From contig OZ037768.1 of the NCBI GenBank assembly GCA_964035545.1, positions 8,836,741 to 8,900,740 on the forward strand: a stretch of DNA of 64,000 bases, written 5' to 3'. Position 1 is the first letter of the stretch. Each line of letters begins with the position of its first letter. The translations under genes were made by a program, and so were the position numbers. The notes beneath the pieces are model-generated. The model saw nothing but the letters and a program-made list of their open reading frames with translations, made no database searches and was not told the DNA's origin. Positions 41,797 to 53,000 of this stretch are shown piece after piece. Origin of the DNA: Bugula neritina. Lineage: Eukaryota; Animalia; Bryozoa.

Positions 41797-44060
41797 ATGA
41801 CTCAAGTAGCACCCCAGATGGGAAACAATTTCCTTGAGCAAAACACTTCAAGACAACCAGGAGGACAGACATTAAATAACTCTCAACAACAAGCAGGTAT
41901 GTAGTTAAGGATGAAATTAATTTATGTTATACTTATTTTAAGTATACATTTCTTTACATATCACAAAAAGCCAATATGAACTTATATACTTGCATTTAGT
42001 TGTTTACAAAATTTCATCAATAGCTGCTGTAAATTATATATTACTATAATTGGTGTTGTAAGTCACGTATTATATAATTAGGTTTATTTGCATTTTTTGT
42101 ATATTACAAACAGTTTGAAGACATTGCTAGTATTTTTTATTTTCTTATATAGAAAATGCTGATCAACCTCAAGAAAATGCTGAATTAGCGGCATATGTTA
42201 ACATGGTTGAGAATGATAAAAGATGTGATATAGAATGTCATCAATCTTGTCAAAGCTGTGTGACGAAACTTCTTGGTATAATAGCGAAGACATTTTGCAA
42301 TATTGGAGGGGCACAGTGTGCAAAGCGAGGCTCTGGCGTGCAATATTGCGTCCTTCCTTGCTGGTAAATAATCTCCATCATGTTTACATTGTTGGGTAGT
42401 TAGAAATAGAAAGTATTCTGCACAAATCAACAAATACATTAACACTAAATTTTATATGAAGTTAAATGCCAGTTTCAATTAAACTTGAAGAAAACATTAA
42501 AATAGTGTATTTTAGTGAGAATCGTTAACTGCCCTAGTAGCCAAACACAATATTTCAAAATTTTCGTGAGTTGAATTTTTTTATTTACTGTATCTTGAGA
42601 TCAATTGTGACCAGAAAGACTATTTTCTGGCTATCTAATCACCGTAAAATAATCATGTAACTAGCTGCAGTTAAAGTCTTCGTAGCAATTATATAAACTA
42701 GTTATAGCATGGCTTTTTCTGGGTTCTAATTCTCGCAGTGCTGCAGATATAATATTGTTATGAGAGATAAGTTCACAGTTCAGGTACTTTTTAAATAATA
42801 TGTAACTAATATCTATTTCTATGTTGCAGGGTGTTCTGTCTTTTGGGAGTTATTTACCCTTGTTTAGCGGTTTTCAATCCAGAAAGAAAACTAAGTGGGG
42901 AAGCAAAAGATGTGGCTATGCTGAGAACTGATGCTTGGAAAGCCGTGCTTAAATCACAACACCCAATTTTCCCATACTGGTTTAGAATTACGTGGTCAAT
43001 TATCATTTTGATCAGTTTTTTCCTGTTCACTGGCATTGATTTATATAACATGGTTGAATCTAATAGATTTATCTTGTTTGTTGTGGCTTGTTCTATTGAT
43101 GGTCTATTGACTATTTTGTGGCTAACATTTGTCATTCTCAACTTTACTAAATATAGACCAGGTGAACCAAATGAAGTGATAAAAGAAGGCAATGGGGTGT
43201 CTCACTTTCACATGGAACAAATTCAGCAATTTCTTACAGAGCTGAGTATTTATCCCCAGTTATGTGTTGCTTCGATAACCTTTTCTCAGTTTACAGTTCT
43301 TTCTGTACTTCCTTTTTTAGTTTCAGCTACAATTCTGTTGCTCGTATTTGCTTTGAGAATTTTTTCCCTGGTGAAGTTGAAGCAGTTGGTAGAGCAGTAC
43401 TTTGTGAGGCAATTAGTTTCCTTTATTGGAAATTATCTGATTGTCATCTACTTGATTGTTATGCTGTTACTTCATAGTGTAAGTGGTGAAGACCTCTTGG
43501 GATTTGTGTTCTATTCTACAGCTATATCCCTCTCAGTTCTTATAACGATTTCCAACACCCTTAACCAGGTCATGTTTTATTTATCACATCTGTATGAAAT
43601 ATCCTTGCAAGCTGGTCAGAACTTGCTCAGGTTAAATGAAGGTAATGTTCAGCAAGTTTTGCTTACTGGCTTAAAGCTGACCAGATATGAAACTTTTCAC
43701 AAAAATCTGTACACGATGATTATTCCCTCCTATGGCACTGCCCTGTTTTTTTGGACATTACCTTCATTGGTTGTCTTTTTTTTCCTATGTATAAAAAATG
43801 ATTTTATTGAGTTGCTGCTGTTTTGTGGATATTATGCACTCTTTCTGATTTTTAACCACAAAGCTTATTTTGTTTCCTGTTCAGCCGGTTTTACTTTGTT
43901 TGTTTTATTGGCAGTACTGGGCTGTGTGTGCTTCCTTTCAATATTTTTCGCGGCTCTCATTTCTGCAACAATTGTTGCTATTATAGGAATCCACTTGCTT
44001 TGGAAAGCCTGTGAGGCCTATGCTGAAGTTCAAAGGGCTCTGAATACGCAGCAGGTCTGA
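41797..44060 (+). CDS. Gene B: RING-less paralogue of gene A, 513 aa; exons 41797-41896, 42153-42363, 42830-44060
   Basis: Same acceptor/start context (TGCAGATCATTATG); exon 1 MTQVAPQMGNNFLEQ-NTSRQPGGQTLNNSQQQA joins the start of A exon 1 to the end of A exon 2; 211-nt middle exon as in A; open frame of 1542 nt. Confidence 0.85.
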
Positions 44061-45590
44061 GTATTTTAGGGAATGAGTGCAGTAGTTTGGAAGTCTAACA
44101 TTTGGAGTTATGTCCCCAACTCTAAGCTCGATACCTCCAAACTGCTGCACATATTAGAGTTACTGAATACACGCATGATGTTTTAATTTTTTATTCCATG
44201 ATTATTTCACTTCATTCTAAAATGATTATTAGAGCAAAGTCCACGGCATACCTACTTATCCCAGTTTGAGCGATTGAAATTATATTTTATATAGTGTGTA
44301 AGTAGCGAACTATATTTATTGTATGTGATTTTCAAATAAAATATTTTAATGTGTGAAACCGTGTTCCTTTATACTAAAATTACAAAAATTCTAGTGCACT
44401 GAGCAATGAAACTGTTTGTATAATTTATATAGATATATGTATAAAACGAACTGTTAGCCTACCAAAATAGCAGCTAGTGTTTACATTGTATTGTGCTCAA
44501 TGGTTAAACAGGTTATAACTTATAAGCTTAAGCTAATAAGGCTGAAAGTTATTTTAAATATGTAAACAGCACATATGTGCACAATGTGGGAGATATTCAT
44601 TGCTTGTAAGATATGCTATTTTATTACAAATTTACAAAGTTAAATAAAAAGTGAATTTTTTGCCATTTAATTTGATAGAAAGGTTGTCAGTCAAACCAGC
44701 AGGGTCGTATCAAAACTCCAAAGAATTATTAGCTAGAACAAAGGGCAAGTATAATAACTTTAAATTACAATAATCTATACATAATGAGGAAAAGGTATAA
44801 CAGCATAAAATAGTTAAATAAATATTCTGCAACTAAAATCATAATTATAATCTCAAAAAAATAATTTTAGAATTTATTATAGTTACAATTCATACGTACA
44901 TACATGCATACATGCATGCATGCATACATACATACATATAAAGCACATACTTCAATAAACTTCAAAGTGTCACATACTACTGCTGGTTTATGCTCCAAAC
45001 TTGTAGGTTGCCTTAAAAATATTAGCCTGTTGGATTCATAAAGTATTGTTGATTACGGCAATTCACCGCTTGATCAGCTGATTCAAGCCACTTCCAGGCA
45101 TGAGCTCGTCTTATCAGCATTCTCTCTTTATGATTTTTTACAACTTATAAAAGCTAAACAGCATTTACTGAATTTTATGTGAACATTCAATATAGTAGCA
45201 TTAACAGCTTAAAATATTCTACCGAAAGGGAATAAATTGATAAGTCAAACACTGCGTAATTTACCAACATTCAATGTTTTGTCTTCCAACGCAAAAACAA
45301 CCGGTTGGGAAATACTGCACTGGGAAATTTATTTGTCATGGAAAATAAGTCTAAGAAAGATATCCAATAATTGTTATGCATTTTTGCACATCTTTGGTCT
45401 AAGCAACCAACTAAATTCAGGCTCATATCCATAACTAGTTGCAAGAATCAATAATTAGATATGTTTGACAAAGCTGTGCAAACTCCGAAAGTCTCAGTTA
45501 TAAAAGCTTCTCTTTAGTGTACATTGCCCATCTCTCCTAATTTGATTGTTATTACAGTAAGTTGCAGGCATCTGACTATTTGAAAGCAGT

Positions 45591-48500
45591 ATGCCGTCTG
45601 GTTTACCTCCCTTTGAGTGTCCTATCTGTTTCGAAACTGAACATAGACTGAAATTATTTCCTTGTCAGCACTATGCATGTTCGGTGTGCGTAGGTAAGTT
45701 AAAATAGGAAGACTTTGACATACAAGCCTCATTCTATAATCTGTAAGATTTTCGTTCAAAATAAGTTTATCTTTTTCCTTATAGATAATTTACATTTGAG
45801 TTCTAATTGATGATAATTTTTTATTCAAAATCAAGAATCTTACAAAAATGATTAGATCTATAGTAGTGACTGTAGTGACTGAAGCAAAGCTACTTAGAAT
45901 TTGTTTGGCAGCACAATGCCTTCGTATGACAGTGTGTAACCTACTGAGCATTGTAATGTTAACTACTCAAGATTTTTAACAAAATAAAACTAGGTAGCTC
46001 TTTGATTTTGAGCTTTTTGTGCTATTATATTCCAAAAATGGCTGAGAGTATAGAATGAACAAAAAATGTATGGACAAGTATGCAACAAGCTTACAGACAT
46101 AACTTGGAAATAAACAACTGCTAACTCTAAATATTTTTTGCTTAAAGTATAAACTATGCCATGGCACTTCTAGGCATAAGCTTTAAGCCAAAAGTACCTG
46201 TTTCTTAGCAAAATTGAATTAATACAACTCTATTTATAGTAGCTTCAAAGTAAATTCATGAGTAACTTTTAACACTAACATGTCAACTGATAAACATTAT
46301 GGTTTACCATAACTCTTGTAGGCTATATGCAAAATAAAATTGTTGTCGCACATTCAACAGCATTGATCGATCTGCAATGTTGTTTTGCTTTTAGAAAATT
46401 TACCTAGCCATGGAAATAATAGATCCTTTTCATGCCATGAGTGCAGAAGAGAAACGCTTTTTACAAATTTGCCAGACTATCGTATGGCCAACAATATGAA
46501 TGAGGAATTTATGAGAACATCGCAAAACGCAGCTGGTAAGTGACGGTATAATGTTGAATTCACAAGCTGCATTATTACAAGTCTTTTAATATATCTACTT
46601 GCAAAGGTAGCTATTATGATATATGTATTAGAGCACCTGTGTAGGATGTTGCTAGGGTCTAAATTATACTAGTACTGTAATAACAAAGTAGTTGTAGTAA
46701 AATTTCTAATGCTAAAAGTAATATTAGCTAATGATACAGAGTTTGGAAATGTGCAGAAGTATGTGTGTGTGCGTGTGTGTGTGTGTGTGTGCTCGTGTGT
46801 GTTCGAGAGTGTGTTTGTGTGTAAATTTGGCAAAGAATTACTTTATCTGAACCCTTTTGCTACATATGAAATTATTTTAGTAGATACACCCGAAGAAGTA
46901 GTTGATGGTGCTGCAGAGATGAGATCAATTGAAGAGTACCACAAGTTGATACAGAAAGAGAAACTATGCAGCTTAGCATGCCCACCAGCTGCATATCAAT
47001 GTGGTCAAGTTTTCACCAGAAATATGCAGCAGGCATTTAACAACATTGGTCATAAATGTTTTGATACGAAGGGTGAGCAAGCAAAGCTCAATTTCATTGG
47101 AGTACTAAAGGTGCCCTTCAGGTAAAATGCTGTATGAATTCTACAGTCAAGTTATATCCTCGTTTTTAAAATGAAACAATAAACTGTTGGAATGAATTCA
47201 ATATACTTTTTACATAGTATAATATTGTCTATCTAAATTTATAACATTATTTTATATATTTAATGGTACATGTTATCATATAAAATATATTTCACTATAT
47301 TACAGAATTAAAATTAAAATTAAGCAGATTTAAACATATTATAGTTTCCATTGTTATACAAAAGCAACTTGTTTGCCCCATGTTGTTTTCTATAACAGTA
47401 TGGAGTTATCTTCTATTGTAGGATATTGAAAACACTTGAAACAGCTCCACAATGTGCAAGGATTTTTACTAACCATGAAATCTTAACAGAAGAGTCAAAG
47501 AAGACTGGCTCTGATTTAAGGACAAAGGCTCTCTCTTTAATGATGAAAAATCGCCCAGAAAACCCATATCGTTTGTCCTGCTTTATAAAGATCTACCTTT
47601 TGTTTGCGACAATGTCTTTGCTAACCAATATAATTTGTGATAGTCTCCAACTAAGACAAAAAGTACACATAATTCCGACAGCAACGGCTTGTATTTTCAA
47701 TGCCTTATTTTTAGTATTGTGTCTTGTGGCACTTGTGTACTATAGCTGCTGCCGCAAAAATTTAAAATATATCGGTACATTTTTTAAATTAAACTTTTTA
47801 ATTGAGTTGAGTGCCTATCCTCAATTGTTAGTAAGTGCTATGCTTTTAAAACGCATTGACACTTTATTAATTTTTGTCCCATTCGTTTTTTCTTCGGTTG
47901 TCCTTTTTTGTGCCTGGGCTTCTCGCTTAACCATAGTAATACAAGAATGCAAACCCTGTATCCATCACAATATTTTCAAGAAGTATATTTTTGTTCATGT
48001 GGGAAACATGGTGTGCATTATTTTATTAGTAGCAGTATCAGTGATTGCCTCTGATAGGTTAAATACTCAATTAATTTTTTTAAGTGTAGCTATTCTTTTA
48101 TCTGCTATCTACTGTAATTATATAATGTTCTACGTAGGATATTTATATGAAATAACTCAAGCCTCGGCCTTATTCTTGATATCACACTATAAATGCCCTC
48201 AGGACATGAAACTGAAAGCTAGAGAATTTTTAGATGACCTCATGTTCAATCTTCATGCTTTTCACAAAAATTTTTATGGGTTGATATTTTGGTTCTTTGA
48301 ATTACATGTATTACTATTTCCTCTTTTCATCATACTTCTGTTGATATACTTTCCAGATCCTAGCATGACTGAGCTTATATTACTAGGGATTTATTGCATT
48401 GGAAGCATACTTATAAACTATAAAGGTTTTTTAATGGCGTTAGTGTCAGCCTGTAAAATTAGTTGTGTTATTTTATATATTTTTCAAGTTTTCATCACTG

Positions 48501-48772
48501 CCTTAGTCATTTATCCTGTTTACATCTTACTGCTTGTGCTCGTATCGCCGTTTCTCATTTGTGTATTAGTATTTTCGGCTTGTGGTAAGCTAAAGGCACC
48601 ACCAGCACCTACAGATGCAGAAGATATTGGGCTTGATGATATTGGCAACTTGCCAGAAGAAAATACCCTACAAGCTGGCAATGTCAATAATGTAACAGAA
48701 AGAAGTGAGGAGGGGAACATGTTGATAGAGAACAACACAATGCAAGACGATCTGGAATCAAGCCATGACTAA
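45591..48772 (+). CDS. Gene C: divergent RING-HC + about 10-TM paralogue, about 610 aa; exons 45591-45693, 46395-46535, 46884 (or 46881)-47121, 47422-48772
   Basis: CPIC..CQHYACSVC..CHECR RING; same intron phases (1,1,2) as gene A; shared TM-region motifs FLxELSxYPQL, MFYxxxLYEI, FHKNxY, NYKxFL. Confidence 0.85.
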
Positions 48773-50016
48773 ATGATTTTACATTTTTTTAAACTATTAT
48801 TTTAGAAAATGTCATGCATGTGTTCATTATTTATGTATAATTTATTTTAGTGTTCGAGTAGTTAGGAGTGCTGCGGTTTATGCTACAAAATAATAAACAT
48901 ATTTATTTGGATATCTAGCCTTGTTTTTGAAAAATAAAATAAACACCTCATTGTTTTAATGACCTTTGACATGCAAACAAGCCTCATTGCTCTGTCAGTT
49001 ATAAGCTTCATGAAATTAATTCAAAATCATACACAAGTTGAACTCCCCCCCCCCATTATGTCTATGATGATTTAGAGGCAATAACTTACAGTGTCAGACT
49101 CATAAAACTATTAAACATGTTTATAAGAAACTGCACAGTTAAAATTATATGTAGAGAAATGAAAGAGACTTGGATTATAGCTAGAACCTGCTGCAATAAA
49201 GTACATATTACCAACCAGGTAGCAGTCGGGTTTCATTGACTTTAATCTCCACAGAGTATGTTGTAGTATTAACACAGAAAACTTAAAGTCTTATTATTAT
49301 AATCATATATATATTCCTATTTTCAGCCACTGCACTAGTCAAATGTTTAGCTGTATGAAATCAATTGCATGATAAAACTTTGTGAGGAATTAAACGAAGT
49401 GTTAATATTATGTTTCAGTTATTATAGTAGATTTGCCTATATTTATTCATACAGTATCTACTACTCAAAATTAGTGATCACAGCACAAGCTACAAGATAA
49501 GTTAAAATATATTAATTACCTAATGAAATGTTTTAGATATATTATATAATATGAGCAATTATCCAATACAAATAAAAACTAACAGTTTTATGTTACAATC
49601 TGTATGAGTAAGAAGATCATAATGTGTATGAAAATTGCATTATAGTGAAGCTTACTTACAACTATAACTTTAATAAAATAAAATAATCATGATGTGAATT
49701 CCTACAATAAATTAAAACAGCTACTTATGTTCATATCTAGATAATTATTTCTTAAAAGTCACAATAGAAAATGTCATCCAAATACTAGACTAGTAATGCT
49801 AAAAAAAGGTAGGGATGATTTTTGTTTCAAAATAAATATTGAGAAAAATATGTTCACCGTATAATATTTAAACTCAACACTGCACTACAATTTAAAAAGC
49901 CTAGTAACACTTTCTAAAGCATGGTAACAGTATTTTTTACCTCAAAGTTTCTATAAATTTACTAGTAGAAAATATCCTTCACACAGCTGTTGACACTTGT
50001 AAAAATAAATAGTATA

Positions 50017-53000
50017 TTAGAATAGCCTCTGGCCCAGCTGAACACTGGCTATATAGAGGCTAGTACGGCCTTCCCCCATCTCTTCTGTAAGACAGCAGAG
50101 ATTCATTGGATGCAGCCCCAGAATTGCTTTGCTTACTGGAGCCTTTGTATGAGTCTGTTGTGTACCTACAGCACAGATAATGATCATCTCGTTCATGAGA
50201 AGACAACCCCCAATTTTATAACTATTGCGTTTTAAATTAGAGCTTAAATATAGTACAAATTGATGTCCGAATTTTCATTAAAAAACCAATATGAACTACA
50301 TATGGACAAATAAGCAACTTTATCAGCGTTGCACATATCAACAAATGTAACTTATGTGGTAAGTTACCGATTATCATATCCTCTCTCGCTTCTACTCCCA
50401 TCACCTTCAGCATGTCTGTTGGACTTGGGTGTAATACTGCTCGAAGGCTTGGCACTGATGTACCCCACAAGCTTATAGTAATCTAAGAACGTGCGAGCTA
50501 CATTTCTGCCAAGTTTCATGTCTAGAATTCAAGTTGCGTCAAGTACAACAGTTTAAAAATGACTTAAGCCACAACTGGGGATAGCAGAAACATTGAATAG
50601 CAAGTATTCTACAGGTTGTTCAAAACAAGCCAGTTGCCTGCAGTAATTGTTAATATTTATTACAAAGAAAAAGCTCAATCCTTAGTTAAGGCACTAATTT
50701 AATCAGATCATAAAAATGAATGATGACTTGCAAAAAAATTCTAATAAAATAATATGAGCGCAATTTGTGATGGAATTACTTTCGCATTTCATACTTTTAT
50801 TACTATATTAGTTATTTTACTTTGGCCTAGAATATTTCATTTATTATATCAGTTCATTAATTTAACATAGTACATTATGCATATCACATTGTCAATTTAC
50901 TACACAAGACCCTAATCAATTAGCTAGAGCAAGGATACATGCTTCTTCAGTGTATGGTAATGCCTGACTTGATGTGGTAACCATGTAGCTATAGAAGGAC
51001 ACTTCTAGTGTATAGCAGTGTGACTTATCATCTAATGAACTGCCCAGAGTTCTACAAGGAGAGTACTAAACTGTGTGAACAAACAACACAACTAGTATTA
51101 CAACCATATGACAGTACACTGTTTTGTTATTTATACATGAATATTAAATGTTAGGAAGAGCATTCAGTCAAAATTGTTCCTTAATTTGCTACAAGAGAAA
51201 ACCAGCTTTTAGCCTGCTTAAAACACTTTTTTTCATTAGGGGTTCTCACAGGGATGGTGACTCTAAACCCATGTAAGCTTTTATTAAATAAATTCAAGAG
51301 ACTAAAGTCTTGTCCTCACTAACCTGTTTTAACTTCATTTTAATGCTTATGGTTGGCTGCAAGCTATAATATATAAATATATAACTCTGCAGGAGACATT
51401 AGTAAATGGGCAATTAGCACCCCCCCCCCCACCCACCATAGTTGATATTGTCAGGCTATGAAACTCCTACCTCCTACCAGTACCAGCTTTAACAGCATCT
51501 CTGTTAAAGGCGGTGTTGGCCAGACTGAAGTCTTCAGCATTTTGACACAAGAGTTTGGGAAAAATTGCTTGTCGTTCATATCGAGTGATGTCCTCATACA
51601 CATTGCCGTACATAAATCCATTCATTAGCGTAGAGTGAGCGTGGATGTCAATGTAAAAATCCAAATCAATGTCCTAAAATGTGTGCAAAACAAATTAAAT
51701 ATAACACATGAAAAAACAAAACAAAATCACTCGACAAAGAAAATAAAAAAATTACTTTGAAAATTTTTACCATGTAATGTAAACCTAATAGTTATTTCCA
51801 CAGCAACTATTAAACAGCCTTGAAACTTTTTTTATTTCAAGTTCACTTTATAGGTTTGGAAATATGCTCTTACAATTACTAATATTACTAACAAACTATA
51901 TATTCATTATCAATATTGTAACTCTTGCATAGCCTTAACAAGTTGATTTGAATTGCATTTTTGTGCAGTCAAAGTTATTTTAAATACATTAACACAAAAA
52001 GGGAATGAAGCTTCAAAAATGTTTGTTCCCATTTTTTACTTTTCACAGCTAATATCTTATAAATTTTGCTTGTGTAGCCAAATGGTGTAGTTTAGAACTT
52101 GAGTACTCTACTCTTCATACTCAAATGAACCCACATAATGGCGTATTTTAGTTCAATTGTTGTTTTTTAGAATTGCCTACCCACTGCAAGATAGAAAAAG
52201 TTACATGCACTGCAGGTTCCCCAGTCAAAGCAAAAAAGATGGTGAGAATTTAGCTGTGTTTGGATTTATAATTTTGGACTTGGCATATGAAAAAGAATTG
52301 CTTTAATTCATAGTGAGACAACTTCCTATAGTACAAAGAATCTGCTAGAGCTAAGGCTAGACAAAACATTGCAATCAAGTGCTCACCTGGAGCTAGCAGG
52401 CTACTGCTACTATAGAATAACGAAACAATCATTTGATTCATAGAATTCTCTCTCACAAAACTAGAGCTTAAAGTTTACTTGCTTTGAATGTTTCAAGTTG
52501 GTTCATCTTATAAAGGCACCACATTGCAAGTAAAATAAAACTATTTGTGTTATTGATTTATATTATAATGTAAAATTGACACTGGCATGCTACTAGTATA
52601 AGTTGCATTAAATTTTAGTCTCATGGCCATAATACAATATTTGCTAAGCCTGAATGTTGTAAAGAATGGCAAACTAAAAGATTGAGTTTCAAATTAAATT
52701 ATTAGTTATCATCATTATTTCAACCAGCATTACTACTAGTGTTAACAGTGTAACTAGTGTAAACGCACCATTATTGACAACTATTGCAGAGGTTCTATAA
52801 TTTACAGATTATACCAACAAGGAATGTAAGGATCTTTGGAGACTGTAATTAGTTGATCAATAATTTACGGTAACTGGCATTTTGTTTTCGTTAAAAATGA
52901 TCAATCAGAAGTATTGAAAGTTAAGTTGAAACTTGGACAACCAAATCACTAGAGACAATAAAATTGCCAAATATTTTCAATAGAGAAGAGCAATTCCAGT

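Noticed and set aside
37612-43477. Antisense and alternative-frame ORFs conserved between genes A and B (37612-37950, 42854-43192, 38020-38247, 43262-43477)
   Set aside because: Their conservation is explained by the near-identity of the sense coding exons
44058-44166. Selenocysteine or stop-codon readthrough at gene B's TGA driven by the downstream hairpin
   Set aside because: An in-frame TAG follows at 44067-44069, the relic stop is out of frame, and there is no SECIS core
35850-45335. NF-kB-like motifs (GGGTTTTCC at about 35852, GGGAAAT at about 45308 and 45322) upstream of the RING-TM genes
   Set aside because: Short imperfect matches expected by chance; cannot be supported without enrichment or binding data
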